The notes under the pieces are model-generated. The model was not told where the DNA came from. It ran no database searches and saw nothing but the letters and a program-made list of their open reading frames with translations. A stretch of 32,000 nucleotides of DNA, from the NCBI RefSeq assembly GCF_022985615.1, contig NZ_CP094965.1, forward strand, positions 124,327 through 156,326, in the 5' to 3' direction. A program made the translations under genes and the position numbers. Every line of letters begins with the position of its first letter. Position 1 is the stretch's first letter. Source of the DNA: Candidatus Karelsulcia muelleri. GTDB lineage: Bacteria > Bacteroidota > Bacteroidia > Flavobacteriales > Blattabacteriaceae. Below, piece by piece: positions 10,057 to 17,903 of this stretch.

Positions 10057-10389
10057 ATGAAAATTAAAACTAAAGATACTATATTAATTAATAGTGGGAA
10101 TTCTAAAGGCAAGAAAGGGCAAGTTATAAAGATTATAAAAAAGAAAAAGAGAGCTTTAGTAAAACTTTTCAATCAGCAATTAATTGAAATTGATTTATCG
10201 AATATACTTTTAATATATAGACCCTCTTATAATTATAAGAGTTTTGACAAAGTCCAAAAACTTTTAATTAAAGTGAGAAAAATAAATAAAAAATTAAATT
10301 CTTTCTTTTCGATAGAAGAATTAAAGAATTTATTAAAGATTAGAGATTTAGAAAATATTAAACTTAGAAAGAATGAATTATTTACCTAG
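10057..10389 (+). CDS. rplX: 50S ribosomal protein L24
   Basis: MKIKTKDTILINSGNSKGKKGQVIKIIKKKKRALV (KOW motif); between L14 and L5. C-terminal half is divergent. Confidence 0.9.
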   Translation: MKIKTKDTILINSGNSKGKKGQVIKIIKKKKRALVKLFNQQLIEIDLSNILLIYRPSYNYKSFDKVQKLLIKVRKINKKLNSFFSIEELKNLLKIRDLENIKLRKNELFT

Positions 10390-10918
10390 ATTGAAAAAAA
10401 AATACAATGAAGAGATTAAATTAAAATTAAAAAAAAAGTTTCTATATGAAGGTATAATGCAAATTCCCAAATTAACTAAAATAGTAATAAATCAAGGTAT
10501 TAACAGATCTATATATGATAAAAATACATTAAATAATGCAATTGAAAATATTTCTTTAATATCTGGACAGAAAGCAATTTTTTGCCAATCAAAACGTGAT
10601 GAATCAGGATTTCAACTAAGAAAAGGAACACCTATCAGTGTAAAAGTCACACTACGCAGAAATAGAATGTATGAATTTTTAGATAGATTAATAAATATTG
10701 TTTTACCTAGAGTTCGTGATTTCAATGGAGTAAATAAAAAGAGTTTTGATGGAAAAGGAAATTATAATTTAGGAATTCGTGAACAAATTATCTTTCCAGA
10801 AATAAAAAAAGATTTTAAAAAAAATATAGGAATGAATATTACTTTTGTGACTACTGCTAAAAAAGATAAAGAAGCTAAATATTTATTATATTTATTTGGT
10901 CTTCCTTTTAAAAAATAA
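10373..10918 (+). CDS. rplE: 50S ribosomal protein L5
   Basis: [14 protein letters not shown]...[15 protein letters not shown]...[37 protein letters not shown]...[15 protein letters not shown]. Confidence 0.97.
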   Translation: MNYLPRLKKKYNEEIKLKLKKKFLYEGIMQIPKLTKIVINQGINRSIYDKNTLNNAIENISLISGQKAIFCQSKRDESGFQLRKGTPISVKVTLRRNRMYEFLDRLINIVLPRVRDFNGVNKKSFDGKGNYNLGIREQIIFPEIKKDFKKNIGMNITFVTTAKKDKEAKYLLYLFGLPFKK

Positions 10919-10922
10919 AATT

Positions 10923-11192
10923 ATGTCTAAAGAATCTATAAAAGCTAGACAAAAAAAACGTAGAATTTTAGTTGAGAAATATGCTAAAAAAAGAGCTTAT
11001 TATAAGAAAATAGGAGATAATATAAATTTACAAAAATTGCCTAAAAATGCTTCTCCAGTTCGTTTACATAATATTTGTAAGCTCACTGGGAGAACTAAAG
11101 GTTATATTCGCAAATTTGGGGTCTCACGATTAGAATTTAGACGATTAGCCTCTCAAGGTTTAATTCCAGGAGTAAGAAAAGCTAGTTGGTAA
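10923..11192 (+). CDS. rpsN: 30S ribosomal protein S14
   Basis: [14 protein letters not shown]...[51 protein letters not shown]. The ORF-track start at 10896 is probably too early; MSKES starts at 10923. Confidence 0.97.
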   Translation: MSKESIKARQKKRRILVEKYAKKRAYYKKIGDNINLQKLPKNASPVRLHNICKLTGRTKGYIRKFGVSRLEFRRLASQGLIPGVRKASW

Positions 11193-11204
11193 AAAAATAA
11201 AAGA

Positions 11205-11594
11205 ATGATTACAGATCCAATTGCCGATTGTTTAACAAGAATTAGAAATGGGTGCCTATCTAAGAAAGATATTATTTATATACAATATTCGAAAGTTATA
11301 AAAAATATTCTTAAAATTTTCCTTGAACAAGGGTTTATAGGAAATTATAAATTAAAAACAAATAAAATAATAAAGGTATATTTAAAATATATTTATCCTA
11401 AAAAAAACTCGGTAATTAAATATATTAAAAGAATAAGTAAACCAAGTTTAAGAAAATATTCAAGTAGTAAAAATTTACCTAGAGTTCTTAATGGGTTAGG
11501 AATAGCTATTATATCAACCTCAAAAGGAATAATTACTGATAAATTAGCTAGAAAAAAAAAACTAGGTGGTGAAATAATTTGTTATGTATATTAA
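11205..11594 (+). CDS. rpsH: 30S ribosomal protein S8
   Basis: [13 protein letters not shown]...[39 protein letters not shown]. Confidence 0.97.
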   Translation: MITDPIADCLTRIRNGCLSKKDIIYIQYSKVIKNILKIFLEQGFIGNYKLKTNKIIKVYLKYIYPKKNSVIKYIKRISKPSLRKYSSSKNLPRVLNGLGIAIISTSKGIITDKLARKKKLGGEIICYVY

Positions 11595-11610
11595 ATAATA
11601 TAAAAGCTTC

Positions 11611-12177
11611 ATGTCTAGAATTGGAAAAAGAAATATTATTATACCCAAGAATATTTTAATTAAAATTAAAAATAAGGTAATTTCTGTAACTGGTCCTCTT
11701 GGAAAACTTTCTCTTCAAATAAGAGGGAACCTAAAAATAGAAAGGGCAGAAAATAAAATAACAATAAAAAGAAGAGAGAATAATAAATATAATAAATATA
11801 ATAAATCTCTACATGGATTATACAGAATGCTAATTAATAATATGATTATTGGTGTATTATATGGTTTTAAAAAAGAATTAGAATTGAAAGGAGTAGGTTA
11901 TAAAGTTGCTTTAGATAATGAAAAAAAAGTATTAGAATTTAACTTAGGCTACTCTCATAATATAGTAATGAATTTCCCCAAAGACTTAAAAGTAGAAATA
12001 AAAAATGAAATGAACAAAAATCCTCGTATTATTTTAATGTCATATGATAAACAATTATTGGGGATATTTGCGGCTAAAATAAGATCTTTAAGAAAACCTG
12101 ATCCTTATAAAGGCAAAGGAATTCGTTATATTAATGAATATATTATTAAAAAAGCAGGTAAATCGACTGTTAAATAA
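11611..12177 (+). CDS. rplF: 50S ribosomal protein L6
   Basis: SRIGKRNIIIPKNI...VTGPLGKLS...ELKGVGYKVAL...LGYSHNIVMNFP...RKPDPYKGKGIRY. Confidence 0.97.
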   Translation: MSRIGKRNIIIPKNILIKIKNKVISVTGPLGKLSLQIRGNLKIERAENKITIKRRENNKYNKYNKSLHGLYRMLINNMIIGVLYGFKKELELKGVGYKVALDNEKKVLEFNLGYSHNIVMNFPKDLKVEIKNEMNKNPRIILMSYDKQLLGIFAAKIRSLRKPDPYKGKGIRYINEYIIKKAGKSTVK

Positions 12178-12190
12178 ATGAATTGCTTAT

Positions 12191-12478
12191 ATGAAAAAAA
12201 AAAGACCTAGAATTTCAGTCTTTAGAAGTAATAAGCAGATTTATGTTCAAATAATAGATGATGTTAATCATCAGACTTTACTATCATATTCTTCGAAAAA
12301 AAAATCTAATTTAAAAATTACTAAAACTAAAATGGCAAGGAAAATAGGGATGATTTTAGGAGAAAAAGCCAAAAAAAGAGGTATTTATAAGTTAGTTTTT
12401 GATAGAAATGGATATTTATATCATGGTAGAGTTAAAGCTTTGGCAGAGGGTTTAAGAAAAACTGGTTTAAAATTTTAA
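12191..12478 (+). CDS. rplR: 50S ribosomal protein L18
   Basis: KKRPRISVFRSNKQIYVQIIDDVNHQTLLSYSSKK...GEKAKKRGIYKLVFDRNGYLYHGRVKALAEGLRKTGLKF; N-terminus shorter than usual. Confidence 0.95.
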   Translation: MKKKRPRISVFRSNKQIYVQIIDDVNHQTLLSYSSKKKSNLKITKTKMARKIGMILGEKAKKRGIYKLVFDRNGYLYHGRVKALAEGLRKTGLKF

Positions 12479-12481
12479 AAT

Positions 12482-12976
12482 ATGAAAGTACAAGGAAACA
12501 AATTAAAAGAGAAATTAGTAACTTTAAAAAGAGTATGTAAAGTCACAAAAGGAAGAAGATATTTCAGTTTTACAGCTTTAGTAGTTAAAGGAAATAAAAA
12601 GGGGTTAGTAGGTTTTGGGGTTGGCAAAGCTAAAGAACCACAAAACGCTATAAAAAAGGCTGGAGATAAAGCAGAAAAAAGATTGGTTAAAATATCATTA
12701 AAAAGGGGAACTATTCCTCATGAACAAAAAGCTAAACATGGCAGTACTTATATATTTCTTTATCCAGCTTCTGAAGGTACTGGAATAATTGCAGGTGGTG
12801 TGGTTAGAATAGTTTTAGAATTAGTAGGTGTAAAAAATATTTTCTCTAAATTGAATGGTTCATCTAATCCTAATAATTGCATTAGGGCAGTAATATTAGC
12901 TTTAACAAAAATTAGAAATGCATATACTATTTCCAAAGAAAGAGGGATATCTATTAAAAAGATTTTTGAAGTTTAA
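12482..12976 (+). CDS. rpsE: 30S ribosomal protein S5
   Basis: LKEKLVTLKRVCKVTKGRRYFSFTALVVKGNKKGLVGFGVGKAKEPQNAIKKAGDKAEK...RVVLELVGVKNIFSKLNGSSNPNNCIRA-type S5 signatures. Confidence 0.97.
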   Translation: MKVQGNKLKEKLVTLKRVCKVTKGRRYFSFTALVVKGNKKGLVGFGVGKAKEPQNAIKKAGDKAEKRLVKISLKRGTIPHEQKAKHGSTYIFLYPASEGTGIIAGGVVRIVLELVGVKNIFSKLNGSSNPNNCIRAVILALTKIRNAYTISKERGISIKKIFEV

Positions 12977-12988
12977 ATTTATTATACC

Positions 12989-13441
12989 ATGATTCTGAAT
13001 CATTTAACTCCTCTTCAAGGCTCAAATAAGAAAGGCAAACGATTAGGAAGAGGAAAAGGTTCTGGAAAAGGAAAAACGGCTACTAGAGGTAATAAAGGGG
13101 CTAAATCTCGTTCTGGGAATTCTGTGAAATTAGGATTTGAAGGTGGACAAATGCCTTTCCATAAACGGATTCCCAAATTTGGATTTAAAAATAGAAATAA
13201 AAAAAAATATAAAATATTTAATTTAGAAACGCTAGAAGATCTAATAAATATTGGAAAAGTAAAAAGAAATTTAATAAATAATAATGTATTGATAAAAATT
13301 GGTTTATTAAAAAAAAAAGAGGTTTTTAAAATCTTAGGAAAAGGGGAATTAACTCATAAAATAAAACTTTTTGCTCATAAGTTTAGTAAAAAAGCCTCTC
13401 TAAAGATTAAAAAGCTTGGAGGAAAGCCTATAATTAAATAA
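12989..13441 (+). CDS. rplO: 50S ribosomal protein L15
   Basis: MILNHLTPLQGSNKKGKRLGRGKGSGKGKTATRGNKGAKSRSGNSVKLGFEGGQMPFHKRIPKFGFKN. Confidence 0.97.
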   Translation: MILNHLTPLQGSNKKGKRLGRGKGSGKGKTATRGNKGAKSRSGNSVKLGFEGGQMPFHKRIPKFGFKNRNKKKYKIFNLETLEDLINIGKVKRNLINNNVLIKIGLLKKKEVFKILGKGELTHKIKLFAHKFSKKASLKIKKLGGKPIIK

Positions 13442-13445
13442 ATAA

Positions 13446-13662
13446 ATGACGAAAGCAAAATATATTAAATCCAAGGTATGGATAGTCAAACAGGCTTTAC
13501 CAAATGTTACCAAGTACAAAAGGATAGTAACTGGATAAAGGTAAAAATGTAAAAAAAGGGAAAATGAGAAGGAATTATATTAAAATTTTACCAGGCGATA
13601 AAGTTAAATTGCAGATTTACTATTATGATTTAACTAAAGCAAGAATAATATATAGATACTAA
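13446..13662 (+). pseudogene. infA: Translation initiation factor IF-1, coding sequence split by an apparent frameshift
   Basis: Frame A from ATG 13446 gives [30 protein letters not shown] (stop 13536-13538). The +1 frame gives ...[43 protein letters not shown] (stop 13660-13662), which is the conserved IF-1 C-terminus (GKMRxxYIxILPGDKVxxxxxxYDLTxxRIxxRY). Position is rplO-(secY absent)-infA-rpmJ. Confidence 0.85.
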
Positions 13663-13688
13663 AAGTTATAAAGTTATAATCTAAAGTT

Positions 13689-13805
13689 ATGAAAAAAGTT
13701 ACCTCTTTAAAAAGAAGAAGTCAAAATTGCAAAATTGTTAAAAGAAAAGGAAAATTAATAATTATAAATAAAGTTAAACCGAAATATAAACAAAAACAAA
13801 GATAA
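13689..13805 (+). CDS. rpmJ: 50S ribosomal protein L36
   Basis: Manual translation MKKVTSLKRRSQNCKIVKRKGKLIIINKVKPKYKQKQR*; canonical position between infA and rpsM. Too short for the ORF track. Confidence 0.92.
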   Translation: MKKVTSLKRRSQNCKIVKRKGKLIIINKVKPKYKQKQR

Positions 13806-13808
13806 TAT

Positions 13809-14192
13809 ATGGCTCTGATATCTGGAATAAATATACCAGAAAATAAAAGAGGAATTATAGCTCTAACTTATATTTTTGGGATTGGAAAAAATATTTCTAA
13901 AACAATATTTGAAATTCTAAAAATGAATCCAAATACAAAAGTAAAGAATTGGTCAGATTTAGAATTAAATAATATTAGAAAATTTATAAATAAGAATATA
14001 AAAATTGAAGGGGAGTTGAAAACTGAGATTAAATTAGATATTAAGAGATTACTTGATATAAAATGTTATAGAGGAATCAGACATAAAATTGGTCTTCCAG
14101 TTAGAGGTCAGAAGACTAAAAATAATTGTAGGACCAGAAAAGGGAAAAGAAAAACAATAGCTAATAAAAAAAAAATTATTAAAAAGTCATAA
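13809..14192 (+). CDS. rpsM: 30S ribosomal protein S13
   Basis: ISGINIPENKRGIIALTYIFGIGK...CYRGIRHKIGLPVRGQKTKNNCRTRKGKRK. Confidence 0.98.
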   Translation: MALISGINIPENKRGIIALTYIFGIGKNISKTIFEILKMNPNTKVKNWSDLELNNIRKFINKNIKIEGELKTEIKLDIKRLLDIKCYRGIRHKIGLPVRGQKTKNNCRTRKGKRKTIANKKKIIKKS

Positions 14193-14195
14193 TAA

Positions 14196-14549
14196 ATGAA
14201 AAATCAAGATATATCTTGTTGCAATGTTCACATAAAGTCTACATTTAACAATATTATTATAACTTTGTCTAATTTTAAAGGTGATGTGCTGGCCTGGGCT
14301 TCAGCTGGACAAAAAGGTTTTAAAGGTGCAAAAAAAAATACCCCTTATGCTGCTTGTAAAACAGCTCAAGATATAGTAGAAAAAGGGAAAAAAATGGGTA
14401 TTAAAAAAATTAATATTATTGTTAAAGGTCCAGGAGGTGGACGAGAAGCAGCAATTAGAACTTTAAGTAATCTAAATGTTATGAAAATAAAAGATATTAC
14501 TCCTATTCCCCATAATGGTTGTAGACCCCCAAAAAAAAGAAGAATATAG
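14196..14549 (+). CDS. rpsK: 30S ribosomal protein S11
   Basis: [43 protein letters not shown]...[15 protein letters not shown]...[18 protein letters not shown]. Confidence 0.99.
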   Translation: MKNQDISCCNVHIKSTFNNIIITLSNFKGDVLAWASAGQKGFKGAKKNTPYAACKTAQDIVEKGKKMGIKKINIIVKGPGGGREAAIRTLSNLNVMKIKDITPIPHNGCRPPKKRRI

Positions 14550-14576
14550 TATATTATATATAAAATATATAAAAAA

Positions 14577-15173
14577 ATGGCTAAATATATTGGTCCTAAA
14601 AATAAAATCTCTAGAAAATTTGGTTGTCTTATTTATGGAATTAAAAAAAAAAGTTTTGAAAAAAAAAACTATCCACCTGGTCAACATGGACCAAAAAAAA
14701 AAACAATAAATTTTAATAAATCAAATTATTATATTCAATTATTAGAAAAACAAAAGATAAAATATCTTTATGGAATTCTAGAAAAACAATTTAGAAAAAT
14801 CTTTGAAAAAGCTTCAAAAAAAAAGGGGATCACTGGAGAAATACTTTTACAACTTTGTGAATCCAGGTTAGATAATGTCGTCTATAGATTAAATTTTGCT
14901 CCTACTAGACCAAGTGCCAGACAGTTAGTTACTCATCGACATATATTAGTAAATGGAAAAATTGTTAATATTCCATCTTTTACATTAAAACCTGGGGATA
15001 TAATTTCGGTTAAAGAAAATTTAAAAATCTCTGCAAATTATAAATTACTAAAAAAAATTTCCAATTGGTTGATGTTAAAAAAAAGGAAAGGAATTTTTAA
15101 ATATATTCCTAGGAGAGAACAAATTCCCGAAAATATTAATGAACGTTTACTAGTAGAATTGTATTCTAAATAA
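14577..15173 (+). CDS. rpsD: 30S ribosomal protein S4
   Basis: [16 protein letters not shown]...[12 protein letters not shown]...[23 protein letters not shown]...[39 protein letters not shown]. Confidence 0.98.
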   Translation: MAKYIGPKNKISRKFGCLIYGIKKKSFEKKNYPPGQHGPKKKTINFNKSNYYIQLLEKQKIKYLYGILEKQFRKIFEKASKKKGITGEILLQLCESRLDNVVYRLNFAPTRPSARQLVTHRHILVNGKIVNIPSFTLKPGDIISVKENLKISANYKLLKKISNWLMLKKRKGIFKYIPRREQIPENINERLLVELYSK

Positions 15174-15193
15174 TTTAATTTAATAATAGTATT

Positions 15194-16234
15194 ATGATTT
15201 CACCAGCCCAGATAAAAATCTTAACAAATTCTAAAAATAGAGGGAAATTTTTAATAAAACCTTTAAGTACTGGATTTGGAATTACTCTAGGAAATTCATT
15301 AAGGAGAGTTTTAATATCATATTTAGAAGGATATGCCATATATTATATAATGATTAATGGTGTCAAACATGAATTCTCTTATATAGATGGAGTAATAGAA
15401 AATCTAACTGAAATAATTTTAAATTTAAAACAAATACGTTTTAAATTAAAAAGTAAAATTTATAAAAAAATCCCAGAACAGTTTACAATATTTTTAACAA
15501 AAAAAAAGTCTAAAATTACTGCTGGAGATTTATGTGGATCTATTACTTGTTTTGAAGTATTGAATCCAAATTTATTAATTTTGAATAAAGAGTTAGATAC
15601 TAATTTAAAAATTACTCTCGGTATAAAAAAAGGAGTTGGATATATTCCAGTAGAAAAAAAAAAGAATAAAATAGGAAAAATACCAATTGATACTATTTTT
15701 AGTCCCATAATAAACGTAAGCTTAAAAGTAGAAACTTGTGAAGTGAATAATTGCTATGAATACGATAGTTTGATTATAGATATTCGTACTGATGGTTCAA
15801 TTACTCCAAAAAAGGCTTTAAAAAAAGCTTCTAGTATCCTAATACAACATTTTACTTTATTTTTTAATGGTAAAAAAACAGAATTAAAGCTCCCAATAAA
15901 ATATACTGATTATAAAGAAAGAATAAAATATTTATATATGCAAAAACTTTTAAATTGTTTAAAATTTGCTAAAATTAAAACTTGGGCTGACTTAGTAAAA
16001 GTTAAAAACTTAGGATTAGCTTATGATTCTGAGTCTGAGTATAATTTTGGAAATTTTGGAGGAGGAGATTATGGTCTTGATTTATCAAAATATCAAATAT
16101 CAAAATATCAAATTAAAATTTCTAATAAAAAAAAAAGAATAAAAAATTTTCGTGAAAAAATGAGAAAAATAGTAAAGCTAAGAAATGTTATTAAAAGAAG
16201 AAAAATGACCAAAAAAAATGAGACACCAAAATAA
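15194..16234 (+). CDS. rpoA: DNA-directed RNA polymerase subunit alpha (NTD conserved, CTD divergent)
   Basis: KFLIKPLSTGFGITLGNSLRRVLISYLEGYAI...EFSYIDGVIENLTEIILNLKQIRFK...VEKKKNKIGKIPIDTIFSPIINV...DIRTDGSITPKKALKKASSILIQHF. Confidence 0.96.
   Translation: MISPAQIKILTNSKNRGKFLIKPLSTGFGITLGNSLRRVLISYLEGYAIYYIMINGVKHEFSYIDGVIENLTEIILNLKQIRFKLKSKIYKKIPEQFTIFLTKKKSKITAGDLCGSITCFEVLNPNLLILNKELDTNLKITLGIKKGVGYIPVEKKKNKIGKIPIDTIFSPIINVSLKVETCEVNNCYEYDSLIIDIRTDGSITPKKALKKASSILIQHFTLFFNGKKTELKLPIKYTDYKERIKYLYMQKLLNCLKFAKIKTWADLVKVKNLGLAYDSESEYNFGNFGGGDYGLDLSKYQISKYQIKISNKKKRIKNFREKMRKIVKLRNVIKRRKMTKKNETPK
16083..16112. repeat. 15-bp perfect tandem duplication (x2) in the rpoA CTD region
   Basis: tatcaaaatatcaaa at 16083-16097 and 16098-16112. 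Confidence 0.95.
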
Positions 16235-16568
16235 AAATAATAATTTAGGACGAAATAAGTCTCATAGAAAATCCCTATTAACTAATCTGGCTATTTCCCT
16301 AATAAAACATAAAAGAATTAAAACAACTTTAGCTAAAGCAAAATCTTTAAAAAAATTCATTGAACCAATAATAACTAGAGGTAAAAAAAAAGATACTCAT
16401 TCTATGCGAATAGTATTTAAAAAATTAAATGATAAAACTGCTGTTTTGGAACTTTTAAAAAATATATCAAAAAATAATTTAAAACGTAATGGAGGATATA
16501 CAAGAATTATTAAACTTGGCAAGAGGTTAGGAGATTTTTCAGAAATGGCAATAATGGAGCTAGTTTAA
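16218..16568 (+). CDS. rplQ: 50S ribosomal protein L17
   Basis: MRHQNKNNNLGRNKSHRKSLLTNLAISLIKHKRIKTTLAKAKSLKKFIEPIITRGK; follows rpoA. Confidence 0.97.
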   Translation: MRHQNKNNNLGRNKSHRKSLLTNLAISLIKHKRIKTTLAKAKSLKKFIEPIITRGKKKDTHSMRIVFKKLNDKTAVLELLKNISKNNLKRNGGYTRIIKLGKRLGDFSEMAIMELV

Positions 16569-17470
16569 TGAAATATTTTCATATACCAGTTTTATTATCG
16601 GAAGTTCTAGAAAACCTTATTAAGGATATTAATGGTATCTATATAGATACTACTTTTGGTAGTGGTGGACATTCTTTTGGGATATTAAAGAAAATAAGTA
16701 ATCAAGGTAAATTATTTGCTTTTGATCAAGATCAATTTGCAATTATTAAAAATAAAATTTGTGATAAAAGAATAAGATTTTTTAACGAGAACTTTCGAAA
16801 TATACAAAAAATATTAAAAGCTTATAAAAACAACATTCTAAAGAATGTATCAGGAATAATAGCCGATTTAGGAGTTTCCTCGTATCAAATAGATACACCA
16901 CAACGAGGGTTTTCAATAAGATTTAATAAAATTTTGGATATGAGAATGGATTTATCAAAACAAAAGTCGGCTTTAAATATAATAAAAAATTATTCTTTTG
17001 AAAAATTAAATAAGATTTTTAATAAATATGGGGAGTTTAAAAATCCGCAAAGAATATCTAGAAAAATTGTTTTAAACAGTAAATTTATTAACACTACTTT
17101 GGATTTAGTAAATCTATTCAAAAGAAATAATAACAGGAAATTTTTATCTAGATTATTCCAAGCTTTAAGAATAGAGGTAAATGATGAAATAAATGCGTTA
17201 AAGAAATTACTTAAACAATCAATAAATATTTTAAAACCGGGAGGTAGATTAGCTATTATTTCCTATCATTCATTAGAAGATAGGTTAGTTAAAAACTTCT
17301 TTAAAAGTGGAAATATACAGGGGATTATTAAATATGATAAGAAAGGTAAGAATTTATCTCCATTTAATAAAAAATATACTAAAAGAATTTTTCCAACAAA
17401 AGAAGAAATCACTAAAAATAATAGAGCTAGAAGTGCTATATTAAGAATTACACAAAAAAAAGTATGTTGA
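16568..17470 (+). CDS. rsmH: 16S rRNA (cytosine(1402)-N4)-methyltransferase
   Basis: YFHIPVLLSEVLENL...YIDTTFGSGGHSFGIL...GIIADLGVSSYQIDTPQRGFSI...QALRIEVNDEINALKKLL...GGRLAIISYHSLEDRLVKNFF. Confidence 0.97.
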   Translation: MKYFHIPVLLSEVLENLIKDINGIYIDTTFGSGGHSFGILKKISNQGKLFAFDQDQFAIIKNKICDKRIRFFNENFRNIQKILKAYKNNILKNVSGIIADLGVSSYQIDTPQRGFSIRFNKILDMRMDLSKQKSALNIIKNYSFEKLNKIFNKYGEFKNPQRISRKIVLNSKFINTTLDLVNLFKRNNNRKFLSRLFQALRIEVNDEINALKKLLKQSINILKPGGRLAIISYHSLEDRLVKNFFKSGNIQGIIKYDKKGKNLSPFNKKYTKRIFPTKEEITKNNRARSAILRITQKKVC

Positions 17471-17629
17471 TTTATCGCATTGTTTGTTTTTAAACAAACA
17501 ATGAGGAAAGTAAAGTATGTTAAGTATAAGTATAAGTATAAGTATAAGTATAAGTATGTTGATTTATCGCATTGTTTAAGTATGTTGATTTATCGCATTG
17601 TTTGTTTTTAAACAAACAATGAGGAAAGT
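17461..17629. repeat. Duplicated rnpB 5'-end segments plus (AAGTAT)x6 array
   Basis: A 51-bp perfect direct repeat agtatgttgatttatcgcattgtttgtttttaaacaaacaatgaggaaagt lies at 17461-17511 and 17579-17629. A partial copy is at 17553-17577. The hexamer AAGTAT x6 is at 17522-17557. Confidence 0.96.
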
Positions 17630-17897
17630 CTGGAATCACTAGGGATAACGCAACGGGTAACTCCCGTACATCGTGAGATGAGGAATAGTGCAACAGAAAG
17701 TATGTACAGTTGAGCTGTAGTGAAATCATGTAAACTCTGTGTTGTGAAATGCCAAATATACCAGAAGTATAGTAGTATAGTTCATCCCTAACTAAATATC
17801 TGCTAACTAAATATCTGGGGGGTAGGCAGATCGAGATAAAGGGTAACTTTTATCCTAGATAAATGATAAATTAAACTGAATCCGGCTTATAACATAC
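17580..17897 (+). ncRNA. rnpB: RNase P RNA (class A)
   Basis: GAGGAAAGTC J3/4 motif, ACAGAAA, a ...CCAAATA element, GGGGTAGGCAGATCGAG, and the 3' universal region AGATAAATGATAAA...ACTGAATCCGGCTTATAACATAC. The 5' GTATGTT pairs with the 3' AACATAC (P1). Ends approximate. Confidence 0.93.
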
Positions 17898-17903
17898 TTT
17901 TTT

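Noticed and set aside
14472-15708. Small ORFs 14472-14687(-), 14515-14709(+) and 15460-15708(-)
   Set aside because: They overlap rpsK, rpsD or rpoA, all of which have strong family signatures.
17520-17729. 69-aa minus-strand ORF with (YT)n tail
   Set aside because: It is the antisense of the AAGTAT hexamer array and the rnpB 5' region; repeat-driven and not a credible gene.
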